A stretch of 64,000 nt of DNA from assembly GCF_009914755.1 (NCBI RefSeq), contig NC_060936.1; one strand, written 5' to 3'. Below, one piece after another: positions 11,527-27,095 of the stretch. A program made the translations under genes and the position numbers. The notes beneath the pieces were generated by a model. It was not told where the DNA came from. It ran no database searches and saw nothing but the letters and a program-made list of their open reading frames with translations. The DNA comes from the human T2T-CHM13v2.0 reference genome, Homo sapiens. The stretch's first letter is position 1. Every line of letters starts with the position of its first letter.

Positions 11527-13800
11527 AGTATTAGTCTGTTCTTATGCTGCTATAAGAACATACCTGAGACTGGGTAATTTACAAAGAAAAGAGGTTTAAT
11601 TGACTCATAGTGCACCATGGCTGGGGAGGCCTCAGGAAACTTGCAATCATGGTGGAAGGAGAAGCTAACACATCCTTCTTCACATGGCAGCAGGGAGAAG
11701 AAGAATGAGTTTCCAGCAAATGGGGAAGACCGTATAAACCATCAGACCTTGTAAGACTTATTCACTATCATGAGAATAGCATGGGAAAAGCTGCCCCCCT
11801 AATTCAATTACCTCCCACTGGGTCCCTTCTATGACATGTGGCAATTATGGAAACTACAATATGAGATTTGGGTGGGGACACAGAGCCAAACTGTATCATT
11901 CCACCCTTGGCCCCTTCCAAATCTCATGTTCTCACAATTCAAAACACAATCATGCCCTTCCAACAGTCTCCTAAAGTCTATTATTCCAGCATTAATTCAA
12001 AAGTCCAATTCCAAAATCTCATCTGAGACAGGGTTCCTTCCCCTATGAGCCTGTCAAATCAAAAGCATGTTAGTTACTTCCTAAACAAAATGGGGATACA
12101 GACATCAGGTCACTACACTTATTCCAAATGGGAGAAATTGGCCAAAACAAAAGGGCTTACAGGCCCCATACAAGTCCGAAATCCAATAAGGCGGTCATTA
12201 AACCTTAAAGTTCCAAAATTTTCTCCTTTGACTCTATGTCTCACATCCAGTTCATGCTGATCCAAGAGGTGGGTTCCCACAGTCTTGGGCAGCTCCACCT
12301 CTTTGGCTTTGCAGGATACAGTCTCCCTCCTGGCTGCTTTCACGAGCCAGTGTTGAAGTTCTGTGGCGTTTCCAGGAGCATGGTGCAAGCTGTCCATGGA
12401 TCTACCATTCTGGGGTCTGGAAGACAATGGCCCTCTTTCCACATCTCCACCAGGCTGTGCCCCAGTGGGGACTCTGTGTGGGAGCTCTGACCCTCCCTTT
12501 CCCTCTGCACTGCCCTAGCAGGGGTTCTCCATGACGGTTCTGCCCCTCCAGCAAACTTATGCCTGGACACCTAGGCATTTCTATGTAGCCTCTGAAATCT
12601 AGGCTGAGGTTCCCAAACCCCAATTCTTGACTTCTGTGCACCCATGGGCCCAACATCATGAGGAAGTTGCCAAGGCTTGGGGCTTGTACCTCTGAAGCAA
12701 TGGCCTGAGCTGTATGTTGGCCCCGTTTAGCTGTGGCTGGAGCTGAAGCAGCTGGGATGCAGGGCACCATGTCCTGAGGCTGCATAAAGCAGAGGGGCCC
12801 TGGTCCTGACCCACAAAATCATTTTTCCTTCCTAGTCCTCAGGGCCTATGATGGAGGGGCTCCCAGGAAGGTCTCTGACATGGCCTGGAGACATTTTCTC
12901 CATTGTCTTGGTGATTAACGTTCAGTTCCTTGTTACTTATACAAATTTCTGCAGGAGGCTTTAACTTCTCCCCAAAACATTGGTTTTTCTTTTCTATTGC
13001 ATTGTCAGGCTGTACATTTTTCATGCTTTTATGCTCCGCTTCCTATTGAACACTGTCACTTAGAAATTTCTTCCACCACATACCCTAAATCATCTCTCTC
13101 AAGTTCAAAGTTCCACAGATCTCTAGGGCAGGAGCAAAATGCCACCAGTCTCTTTGTATAGCAAGAGTGACCTTTACTCCAGTTTCCAACAAGTTCTTCA
13201 TCTCCATCTGAGATCACCTCAGCCTGGACTTCACTGTCCATATCACTATTAGCATTTTGGTCAAAGCCACTCAACAAGTCTCTAGGAAGTTCCAAACTTT
13301 CCCACACTTTCCTGTCTTCTTCTGAGTCTTCTAAACTGTTATACCCTCTGTCTGTTACCCAGTTCCAAAGTTGCTTCCACATTTTGGGGAATCCTTATAG
13401 TAGCACCCCACTTTACTGCTACCAATTTATTGTATTAGTCTGTTCTGACACTGCTGTAAGGACATACCAGAGACTGGGTAATTTATAAAGAAAAGAGGTT
13501 TAATTGACTCAGTGCAGCATGGCTAGAAAGGCCTCAGGAAACTTACAGTCATGGTGGAAGAAGTCAATACATCCTTCTTCACATAGCGGTGGAGGCAAGA
13601 ATGAGGCCCCATCAAAGGGGGAAGACCCTTATAAAACTATCAGATCTCGTGCAAACTTGCTATCACAAGAATAGCATAAGGAAAACTGCCCCCATGATTC
13701 AATCATCACCTCCCACTGGGTCCCTCCTATGACATAGGAAGATTATGGGAACTGTAATTCAAGATGAGATTTTTGGGGGTGACACAGCAAAACCATATTA
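11527..13800 (-). mobile_element. Full-length THE1 (THE1C/D-like) MaLR provirus: LTR 11527-11898, internal 11899-13430, LTR 13431-13800
   Basis: Two ~370-bp LTRs '(t/a)gtattagtc...a(c/t)(c/g)atat(c/t)a'-type flank a 1.5-kb THE1-int with broken ORF remnants (13056..13382, 12839..13024). 5-bp TSD tctga at 11522-11526 and 13801-13805. Confidence 0.95.
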
Positions 13801-14260
13801 TCTGACAAGAGATGGGAATGAAATCTATATGAAAACCCTTACAGGATGAGAGTAAATCGACCCAGTAAATAATTGAGCAAAATATCTGAAAAAAGACATT
13901 TTCTTATTTAGCCAACAGGGGATATACAACATGAAAATATGATAAGCATCATTAGATATCAGGTAGATAAAATTTTTAATCCTCAGAAACTACTATATGC
14001 CTATTAGAATAAAAATACATAATACAAAATGTTGAAAATAATGTGTAACAACTGAGAAACACGTCCATTGGTGGTAGAAATGAGAAATGATTTGGAAAGC
14101 AGGTTTGTTAGTTAAAACTGCATTTACCTACAATCTACCAGTTCCATTCTCAAATATTTACTCAAGACAAATAAGGACAAGGACATGTAGATTAATGTAC
14201 GTAGCAACTTTATTCATGAGTGTCCCAAATTGAAAACAAAATGAGTCTATTAGCTGATGG
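13801..14260 (+). mobile_element. Continuation of the ancient L1M
   Basis: Rejoins 'catatatctga|caagag' across the THE1 TSD. Degenerate ORF2 C-terminal motifs. Confidence 0.7.
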
Positions 14261-14269
14261 CTATGTCTT

Positions 14270-14560
14270 TTAACTTATGTAAGCCTTCATTTTCCCAAAT
14301 TTAAAAATATATTATTGTACTACTTCAAAATCTGTTGTAGAGTTTAAGTAGGTTTAGCAGCATCAGTATCATCAGATTGGCCTTATATATTTGACCCTTC
14401 ACTTAATTTTAGGCTACTCAGTCTTTCTGTGCCTCAGTTTCTTACCTGTAAAATGAGGATCATAATACATGTATATGTCATAAGTTCTTGTAAGGATTGA
14501 ATTACTATGTAAATAACAGATATGATATCTGAAACAAAATACAAAACATGAAAAAATATA
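14270..14560 (+). mobile_element. MIR fragments
   Basis: 'ctgtgcctcagtttcttacctgtaaaatgaggatcataata' is the MIR core. Confidence 0.75.
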
Positions 14561-14679
14561 ATTTACTTAATAAATTCAATAACAGTCCCATAATTTGAAT
14601 GGTTAGAAAATGCTGATGTTTCTAAAAACCTAACATTTGTAAGAACTTCTTCATTATTTAAAACATAGGCCTAGAAAGA

Positions 14680-14835
14680 AATGTGCTGAAGCTAGATTTT
14701 ACTGGCTTTCAAGAGGTGATTGGGCACATCACTATCCAACTCTGCATTCAGTGTTGTCACATTAGTAGCTTACAACTGTCTATCATGAGTATGTTTAATG
14801 TGACAATTGGTAAATGTGACAAATAAGAATTTTTA
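14680..14835 (+). mobile_element. hAT DNA transposon fragment (Tip100/Arthur-like)
   Basis: 'gtgctgaagctag...ccaactctgcattcagtgttgtcacattagtagctt' resembles a recalled hAT-Tip100 terminus. Confidence 0.45.
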
Positions 14836-15914
14836 TTAGTTTACTTGTTTACTATCAGAAAATAGAGATCCATGAAACACAGATTAATATGAAAGCAAAT
14901 GAGAGTTAGATCAGGGGCAACGAATAGACCAGTCTGCTCAAAAGAAAAAATGATACTATTTAAGAAGCATAAGAATTTATCTAAAAACCCTTGTAATGCT
15001 ATTTTTAGTTACAATTATCATAGGAAATGTTTCTCTTTTTAAATTAGAGATAGATTTCCTTTACTGAAGTGAATTCATGCCTATGTAAGGTTTCTTTTCT
15101 TTTACTTATTTATTCCAAGCACTTAAAAATATACAGCCTTTCCAGAAAATAATGTGGAAAATTCATTTCATTTTAAATCTGTGTTCCTGTAGTATTTGTC
15201 TACTGTTCAGCAAATCACATTAGTCTTGGTTTATAAGTGCACAGAGAATGAGAAAATCGAAGTCAAATCAAGGTTATTAAGGACAAGACAATGGTTAAAT
15301 AGAATTTTCCTTAATGATTATCAACGTTAAAAATATCATCAGAAAATTGCCTGTCTGCATTTTTAAAAAGATTCTAAAAACGTATTAATTACCCAAGATA
15401 AAATAATATATTCACATGATTATTTGGAGGGATATCATTCAAATATTAGCATTGGTTTTCTAATTTTAATACTATGCTAATAATAGTTTTATTAATAGTT
15501 TTATTATATTTGTCATCAAATGAGTGATATACTGCTTTTTAATGGCAAAATATTAGCTACAACGAATAAATAAATGCATCTCTTCTCCAGTGCAGTTGGG
15601 TATACACACCTACAGTGTGCTGGGATCCATATAATTGGTTTTTGAATAAACTTTCTTTGAATTAAACATTTGCTTTTTTGTTTCCCAGTCATATAACGCT
15701 ATTTAAAATTATGAAATTACTTATGTGCTATTATTAAGTACTTTTAAGCTTTCTAGACATTGATTCCAGCTATTATTTTAAAATTGTTTATTCGTAGCCT
15801 TTTATATTACAGCAAGAAGATATTTTAAAAGTACATTCTAAGTGTTAAAATTACATAAAGCAATGAAGTATTAGCCACATGCCATCAAATAATTTTTCAT
15901 CAAGCTGGAAGCTA

Positions 15915-16830
15915 TGTAGTGGTTGGGTTTAGCAGCTCCAGAGTTAGACCTGTTTTGGCTCCTGACTGCTATTTACTCTCTGTATGACTTAGGAATATTT
16001 ATCTGTTCTCTTAGATGCTTACGTTCCTTATCTTTAAAATAAGAAAAATAACAGTATTTCTGTAGCAGACATAATTGATGTCCCATTTCTTCATTCCCTG
16101 GGTCTACCTGAGTTCACCTGCACCTGTGAGCATTTCTGGCACCATTCCAGGCTTTCTTCCCGGATGCCTGTGTCCGAATCTCTTCTTTTCTGACTAAGGA
16201 CTTTATCTGGCATCATGGGAGCTTGCTCAGCTGCTCACTTAGTTCACAAGTGTGGGATTGCTGAAGCATGGTGGAGTGCAATTCTCAACTAATGGCGAAC
16301 GCGAATCAGTGGGTGAATGCCTCATCTCCATTTCCTCTGGTTTACAATTGTCCATTAACTACAGAGCACCCAGTTAAATTTGAATTTTAGATAAACAACA
16401 CTTTTTTTTTAGTGTAAATATTTACCATCAATTCAAATTTAACCGGGCATCCTCTACACTTGCTAAATCTGGCAATCCTGAGTTGATAATTCTCAGTCAT
16501 TTTCGGTATAGGCATCTCCACTCTTTTCATTATTTTAAAAGTATTTTAAAAGTTCCTTCATGGAAGTGAGCTCTAGCTTACCAAGCAGCAGTTTTTCATG
16601 AACACATAGAGGATATTGATTGCTTCTGTCTTAGTTCTTCACATCTGCTTCCTGGGATCACTTCCCTATTAACAACATGAAACCAAGTCTTTGTCTCTGG
16701 TTCTACTTTCGGTACAGCATAAGTTTAGGAAACTTGATAGGATTTTGGGGAGGACTAATTAGATAATACATTGAAAGTGTCTGGAAACTAACTGATGCTC
16801 AAGAAATAATAACATATTATTGTTATTATT
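15915..16830 (+). mobile_element. MIR interrupted by an LTR16-like ERVL LTR (~16061-16730), itself carrying a MER53 (~16350-16480)
   Basis: MIR halves at 15915-16060 and 16730-16830. LTR16-type end 'gggatcacttccc...aaaccaagtctttgtctctggttctactttc'. MER53 palindromic arms 'cccagttaaatttgaat...attcaaatttaaccggg...aatctggcaatcct'. Confidence 0.7.
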
Positions 16831-17499
16831 AAAGGTGAAAGAACAATAGGATTAAAAGAAACGGAACAAAATCCAAAAAGATAAATATAAAAATAAATAT
16901 GTGAACCAAACCACAATCTTGAAGGAATTGTACAAAAGGAGGTATCCCTGTAGACTGCTATACAGTCTTTCCAAAATGTGTTATCTATTCTTACTCTGTG
17001 CATATGATTGAATTATATAAAAACATCTTCCAATTGAAAATAAATAAAGTCATGGAAGAAAAGAAACATTTTTAATACACTCCCTATGTATATCTGACAC
17101 TAGTGCTTTTATATGTATCATGTATTTTTCACAATAGTGCCAGGAAAGAGGTATTCTTTAGTCATTTTACCATTTAGGAAAGTGGAAGTCTAGAGATTAA
17201 GAAATTTCCTCATGAGTGTCTCAATTTATGTGACAGAGACAGGACCTATGCAAATAAATGTGTAAGTAATTTCAAAATAAAACACTGCTTCCTTCAGAAA
17301 TAATGCTGGAAAAAATAAAAAATAAACTCACCAGAAGGTACTTATAAGATAGACTCCAAAATGTTTCCTTAAAATAAATCATTTAAAAGTTGCAAAAAAA
17401 TGTACAACTAAAAAACTATTAGATAAACTTTAAAATGTAATCAAATAATCCAAAAGAAAGTAGAAAAGATAAACAGAGGGACAAAAGAAGAATGAGAGA

Positions 17500-17617
17500 A
17501 AAAGAAGGAAGGAAGGAAAAGAGGAAGGAAGGAAAGGAGGAAGGAAGGGAGGGAGGAAGGAAGGAAGGGAGGGAGGAAGGGAAGGAAGGAAGGAAGGAAG
17601 GAAGGAAGGAAGCAAGG
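17500..17617 (+). repeat. (GGAA)n/(GGAG)n polypurine microsatellite within an L1M remnant
   Basis: Direct reading. Confidence 0.95.
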
Positions 17618-17753
17618 AAAAATAAAGACTTACAAACAGCAAATAAATACTAAAATTGTAGGTCTAAATCCAACCATAACACAAATGTTGGTGGAAGAAA
17701 TATTCCATTTAAAAGAAAAAAACTTTCACAATGGATAAAAAATATAAGACCCT

Positions 17754-18067
<314 letters not shown>

Positions 18068-19201
18068 CTAAAAGAGATAGCATATGAAACAAAAAAAATT
18101 ATTTTATTAAAAGAAATAGAAAAACATGAAGATTGATCTTTTTGAACATAGGGTTTGTTGAATTGTTTATTTTTATTTTTATTTAGCTCAAGCTAGTACT
18201 TAAAATTCTGAGTTTTGAAAAGCACTAAGTAACTTTGAGAGCACAGGTAGGGATTACATGGCTACCATTAGAAAAGTAGTTATATTTTAATCAATTACTG
18301 TTTATGCATCTTCTCTTGACATAAATATTTCATGTATGGTTACTATATTTCTAATTTAATCCCCCACTTTTCATTTAAGTTTTTCTTTCTACATGAAAGC
18401 TAACTATGGTAGCAATGAATTCAACCACTTGCTGAATTTTATATAACTATAGGCATGATATACTATAGCTTTTCCCTTATATTTAAATGAATTAAAAATA
18501 GGGTCTAGGACTAGTCATATTTTCAAAGACACACAGTCTATTCGCAGCAGAAAATTGTTTCAGCTTTATATCTATATTGATATATCTATATCTTTTCTAT
18601 ATGGTAGAGAAATAATAATATTTCTCCCTGATCTACTAAAGGAAACTAGCAGTACACAGAAGAACTTAACTGATTTTCCCAAAGGTATATCTGGCAAAGT
18701 TGGAAAAACAATATGGATCTGTGTGGCTTGAAATAAGAATCAACCTTTCAAACTGAGAATAATAAGGATGATTTCCTTTTCTGGGTTCGATTTATTAGGT
18801 CTGCCACATCTTCCTTTCTTCTTGTGTTTACTGTTAGGAAATCAAATTTATATCTACAATAGAGACCAAATATTATGTTGACTTCATTACATTTAGGATT
18901 TATTCACCAGGTACTCACAAAAAATAACAAACAAAACATAGGTGTTATAATTTTTGCCTTTAGTAATGAAAGAATGAATGAATGTGTATGGGTCTGCAAC
19001 CATGATCTGTTCTGTGACAATCTGGACAGGTTAATTAAAGGGCTAAAAATATGAAAGTAATGGTTAGTATCAACAAAAGTAGTAATATCTAGATCTGTTT
19101 CATATGGTTCTTAATTTTCTTACACAAGCGACATTTACAAAGTTGGGTAATAATATAGAAAAAGTAACTGATTTTGGAACCAAAAAAACTGAATTATAGT
19201 T

Positions 19202-19782
19202 TGTATTAGTTTTCTATTGTAGTGTAATAAGTGACAAAATTTAGAGGTTTAAAATGATACTAATATATTATCTTATAGTTTTTCTAAGTTAGGAGCCCAG
19301 GTATAAGTTAGCTGGACAATCTACTCAGGGTCTTACCAGGCTGAAGTCAATGTGTCAGCTATGGCTGCAGCCTCATCTGATGCTTCGTCTGGGGTCACTT
19401 TCACCTCCTGGGGGCTGCCTTCCAGTTCTTGCTGCGTGAATTTCTCCATGGGCAATTTACAACATAATTGTTTTGTTCTTCTATTATCTCTGACTCATTT
19501 CACCTCTGACTTCTAGATCTTCATTTAAAATTAGCTTATGATATTTGGTCAGGCCCATGAAAGAAAATCTCCCATTTGATTAGCTCAAGAAAATTTATTA
19601 GGGATCTGAATTTATAGCTCCAAAAAAAAAATCCCTTGACTTTAGCCATACATTGTGGCCTAATCATGGAAGTTACATCCCATTATTTCAGTCACCCATA
19701 CTCAGAGGGAGGGGATTATTCAAAGCATGAACATTAGGAGGTAGGAATCTTGGAGACCATCTTTGAATTCTACTCACCGTAT
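19202..19782 (-). mobile_element. MLT1 (MaLR) solo LTR
   Basis: Starts tgtattagtt and has MLT1 motifs 'caggctgaagtcaatgtgtcagc' and 'gaccatctttgaattctac'. Confidence 0.75.
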
Positions 19783-20076
19783 CATCCAACATCCATTATG
19801 TTTTATCTTTGTAACACTGATCCATTTACTTATCTTGCCCTCTGTCTTCCCACCTGTAAAATTAGGCAATTGTACTAAATAATCCTGCCAGGAAACTCCC
19901 AGCTTTAACATTCTAAAATTCTATGAAGGCGAGAGAGCTTAAAATTATTAACAGTAATAAAGGTTACACACACAAATTTTTGACAACTTACAATATCCTC
20001 GGATTGGAAAGTTTCAGAAGCTTGCATCAGATTAGAAAGTTGAAGTAAAACAAGTAAATAAAGGCATCAAAAGTAA

Positions 20077-20520
<444 letters not shown>

Positions 20521-22089
20521 TAATTATGGAAATTTAGAAATGAGAGGTTTGACATAGCGGGGAGTAAAACTAACTAAAACTCTAAAGTTGAGGTAATTTT
20601 AATGGTAAATTTAATGGTAATTTAAAATGATGAGTTTATATTGCTATGTAATCTGTCATATTACAAAATTGTATTTCTAGGCCAATAAAATGGTTTATAA
20701 AACCTGACTTGAAATATATTAGTAGTAGTATATTAATGTTAGAAAGATGCAAGAATACATAAAACATAGATGTAACAAACTCCTTTAGAGAAATTTTAGC
20801 TGTTCTGATAGAAAACAGATTCTTCAGTAAATTTCAGAAAGCAGAAAGCTCTCACAGGGAAGGAAGTAAGATGGAATGTGGTAGTAGGGTTTTCTCTTCC
20901 ATTACAATCTCATTTAGAGTGTTCTCAACTTGATTTGAAATACCAGAAATGATCTCAAGAAATATCTGTGAAAACATGACATTGTGATACTTTCTTTTTA
21001 CATGGTGTTCCACATAACTGTTTTTCAATTGTTTCTGAAAATCTTTTGTGAGATTAACTGAAGACAACGTGGCACTGTATGGTACTTAAATTCACAGGCA
21101 TGATTCTGGGACAACAGATTTTATTCAATCTGGGTAGATTCATAGCCAAAAAGAAAGTACAAATCTTTCAGTAATATAAAGAAAACTGCAGTAATGATCA
21201 GCTGAGAGGTCTCTGAGGAACTTAAATGGTGACCTGGCAGCTAGCTTTTGTCAGAGTGAAAAGCTAATCCCCTAGGGTTGAATAAGCGCTGCTAGAAAGA
21301 TCCTGAGCCACTTTAAAGTATTGTTCTATTTATAAGGCAATGATAAGGAGAGATGAAGACGTGCACATAAAGGTGATGCAGTTGCTAGTTAGATAGGCAT
21401 AATGGTGACCTCCTTTATTCAGGTTCCACCAGGCTGATTCTCAAAAGGGAATTGCTATCTGACTTGCTGCCTGACTGCCAAATTTATTGGTCTTGCTGCC
21501 AGATGTGTTTTGGCTCACAGTGAGGTAGAAAGCTTAAAATGCCTTACAAGTGCAGTGCGACACTTAGAAAAGGCAGGCAGTCAGAAAATGTCAGAAGTAC
21601 AAGACTGCGCTCAGACTTCTAAAAATTACCCAAACGTCAGTCACTTAACTGAGTGAAGTAATTCAGAAAAAGTGTATGAGCTCTCACTGCAGTGCTGTCC
21701 AAGGATCTCTAGATTTTCCATTGCTCAAAGCAAAGCCAATTCAGTAACTTCAGTATCCCCCTTTTCAATCTAATTGGTGAAAGTATAGTTGAGTGGAGAA
21801 GAAAATGATATTTTAAAAAAGAAGGTCTATGTAAAATTGGTGCTGTGGCAAGACTACACACTTGGCAGTTTGTAAGCTATATTGACAATAACAGGGAGTC
21901 ACAATAGTAGGCGATCTGAATTTAAACGTGGGCTCTTCTAGGTACTGTATGATCTTGGGCAAATTAATTTACCTGCTCTGAACCTTGGCTTCAATAATAA
22001 TAATCTAGCGAAGATTATTATGTTTAGCAAAATCTATAATCCAGCAAAATCATTACATATTATCTAACAAGGAATAATATCCTTTACAT

Positions 22090-22350
22090 TCCTGCTAAAA
22101 TTATAACCCACCCAATGCTCCATATCACTCTTATCATCTTTGCTTTTCTCCATAGCTCTTATCATAATAACATACAATAAAGAGTTTGCATATGTACTTT
22201 GTTTATGTTTGGTTTTCTGTCTCCAAAAAGATGTACACTCCATCAGGAAAGGTGTTTTTGCTTGTTTTACCAACAGCTTTATCTCCAGGGCCTAAAATAT
22301 TACTTAACGCACAGTAAGGGATCATATTTATGTTTGTTAAACAAATAAGT
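22090..22350 (+). mobile_element. L2 3'-end fragment
   Basis: 'ctccatcaggaaagg...tatctccagggcctaaaat...gcacagtaaggga...atgtttgttaaac'. Confidence 0.6.
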
Positions 22351-23046
22351 TCCTCTTTCAAAGGTTATTGGAGGAATAAAATGAAATGTGTTATGTGTAG
22401 AATCAAGAATCAAGTCAATAGCACAAAATTAATATTAGTCCCCTTTTTCATACTATTAATAGGTCTTGTCTTTTTAAGAGTATATATGCATCTACCTCCT
22501 TGTCAGATTGTGAGTTCTGAGAATGTAGGTACTTATTTTATCTCTACATATTCTTCACCTACTGGCTTGGCACAGTAGTAATCAAAATATATTTAATTAA
22601 TTAATAGGTGAATGATATTGAAATAGGCACATGATCAATAAATAATTGAAGCAAAAAAGCATCTGAGCTAAATCAGAAGGCATAAATTGCATATTCTGAA
22701 TGAACAAAGTAATAATCATTCACTTTCTTGAAAAATTTATGCACTTCAATTTTAGATACTGATTCAGAGGAAAGCAATGCAGCATATTTTGTAAGTTTCT
22801 TTAATCTTCATTTAGCCTAATTTTTCCAAAAAGTGCAACGCATTATGTTCCTTTTATGTTGAGTTCATAAATATTGACCACAGTCACTTATATATAGTAG
22901 AAGCTTTCCATATATGAGAAGTTATCAATATATATTATTCTGGGGACCTACTCTTTTTTTCTTTAAAACCAATCTGCTAGAAATCAAAATACAGTGAATC
23001 AACATTGTTTTATGATTCTACACATAATAAATTTTAATTATGACAA

Positions 23047-24412
23047 AGATAATAATGTGGTTTTTGTTTTTGGTTCTGTTTATGTGATGAATCACATTTA
23101 TTGGTTTGTGTATGTTGAACCAACCTTGCATCTCAGATACAAAGCCTACTTGATTGTGGTGGATTAGCTTTTTGATGTGTTGTTGGATTTGCTTTGCTAG
23201 TATTTTGTTGAGGATTTTTGCATCTGTGTTCATCAAGAATATTGCTCTGAAGTTTTCATTTTTGTGTCTCTTTGAGGTTTTGCTATCAGAATGATACTGG
23301 CCTCATAGAATGAGTTAGGGAGGTGTATCCCTCCTCCTCAGTTTTTTGAAATAGTTTCAGTAGGAATGGTACCAGCTCTTCTTTGTACATCTGGTAGAAC
23401 TTGGCTGTGAATCCAACGGTTCCTGCGCTTTTTCTGGTTGGTAGGCTTTTTATTTCTGATTCCATCTTGAAACGTTATTCTTCTGCTCAGGGATTCAATT
23501 TCTTCTTGGTTCAGCCTTGGGAGGTTATATCTTTCTGGGAACTTTTTCATTTCTTTTAGATTTTCTAGCTTGTGTGCATAGAATTGCCTGTTGTAGTTGC
23601 TAAGGGGTTTCTGTATTTCTGTTGGGTCAGTGGTAATGTCCCCTTTGTCATTCCTGATTGTGTTCATTTGGATTTTCTCTCTTTTTTCTTTATTAGCCTA
23701 GCTAGCCATCTATCTATATATATTTATTATTTCCAAGAACCAACTTCTGGATTTGTTGATCTTTTGTATGGTTTTTCAAATGTTAATTTCCTTTAGTTCA
23801 GCCCTGATTTTGGTTATTTCTTGTCTTCTGCTAGCTTTGGGGTTGATTTTCTATGTTTTTCTTGTTCCTCTAGTCATGATGTTAGGTTGTTAATTTGAGA
23901 TCTTTCTGATTTTTCGATGTGGGCATTTAGCACTGTAAATTACCCTCTTAACACTGCTTTAGCTGTGTCCCAGAGATTCTGGTATGTTGTATCTTTGTTT
24001 TCATTAATTTCAAACAATTTTTTGATTTCTGCCTTAATTTCACTGTTTACCCAAAGTTATTTAGGAACACGTTGTTTAATTTCCATGTAATTGTGTGGTT
24101 TTGAGCAATTTTCTTAGTATTGATTTCTATTTTTATTGTGCTGTGGTCCAAGAGCGTGGTGGCATTATTTCAGCTTATTTGAATGTGCTGAGGATTGTTT
24201 TATGTCTAATTGTGTGGTCAATTTTAGAGTATGTGCCACGTGCAGATGAGAGGAATGTATATTCTGTTGTTTTTGGATGGAGAGTTCTGTAGTTGTCTAT
24301 TAGGTCAAGTGTTGAGTTCAGGTTCTAAATATGTTAGTTTCTACCTTGAGGACCTGTCTGATACTGTCAGTGGGGTGTTGAAGTCTCACAGTATTATCAT
24401 GTGGAAATCTAA
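23047..24412 (-). mobile_element. Internal L1P ORF2 fragment with no 3'UTR or poly-A
   Basis: ORFs 23018..23236 ([14 protein letters not shown]) and 23338..23667 ([15 protein letters not shown]) match L1 ORF2. Confidence 0.92.
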
Positions 24413-25289
24413 GAAAAATCTGAAATCTAAAAAAAAAATCTGAAATCTAAGAAAAAAAACTAAAGGGCCATGGTTTAAGCTAGATTTATCTCTTTGCTTA
24501 AGATATATACTAGAGGACTTTCACATTCTCAGCTATAGTTGCTGAGAGAAAATTCAAAACAGAAAACAATACAGACTCTGAAGACTATGGCAACATAGCT
24601 GGTATTCCAGATTTTCTTGCATATGAAAAATAGATACATTAATATAATGAGTCCAGCATTAAGATAAGTCAAGGCTAGTATCTCTGAAAGTTTTTATGAT
24701 TTGGACAATTGGTATCAGTACAATCTAACAAAGCTTGGAGAACTGGTAAACAGTGAAGTTTAATATCCATTAACTAGAGTGTTATCTGAGTGCAGAAATA
24801 TATTTTGCATGGAGTATGGGGTTAAGAGGCTGTAGTATGTTACAGAAGTAAATTTGAAAGGTAACAATATTATCTCAATTGTAGAAGTACTGGAATTCTA
24901 GACAGTTCTCTAAGAAAGGAAACGAGTACAGAAAAACAAAGTAAAATTCAGTTGTCAGGATAGAAATTTCAACTCAACAGGGGTGACTGTACTGATTACA
25001 AAGTGTTCTTCAAGGTTATTAATATTTCATACCGAATTCAGTCACAGCTTTAGAACAGACTTAATGTTAATCAACACCCCTAACATGTGAGGTCCAGCAA
25101 GTTTAAGATCTATGTCTAGTCTTACATATATAATTAGTGATAAACAGAACTGGACCTGAATTCTCAGTGAATCACTGCAAGAAAAAGTTTAATGCTATTA
25201 ATTTAAATTTTGTGAGAACGTATATATAAGAATTACATCCTTTTAATTCAAAAGATAACTTTTTATTTGGAAACAAAAATCTTTTTTAA

Positions 25290-26820
<1,531 letters not shown>

Positions 26821-27033
26821 GAATATATAACCAACCTCCAACTGCTATCACCGCCCTTGTCTCCCATCCCCTTCTTTTTTAACTCCCTGCCTGAATTCTA
26901 ACACCATCTGCTGGGCTTTGTTTGCTCCTCACTCTTCACCTTCTCACTCAACCCTCGCTGTGTAGGTGGATGCCTCTCTGTCTTAGTCCTCCCATTCTTA
27001 GCCCTCACCTAATGGGTTTTTGACTAAATTATT

Positions 27034-27095
27034 GGAAGGAAGGAAGGAAGGAAGGGAGGGAGGGAGGGAGGGAGGGAGGGAGGGAAGGAAAGGGA
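27034..27095 (+). repeat. (GGAA)n(GGGA)n microsatellite
   Basis: Direct reading. Confidence 0.95.

Noticed and set aside
12119-13382. Cluster of overlapping ORFs in a GC-richer region
   Set aside because: All lie within THE1-int and are decayed MaLR ORF fragments or chance frames.
18745-18830. Possible minus-strand exon (tttcctaacag| ... aag|gttgat) with one open frame
   Set aside because: Weak donor, unrecognised peptide and no partner exons.
20852-21067. 71-aa ORF as a pseudogene or transposase fragment
   Set aside because: No recognisable motif, and the length is expected by chance.
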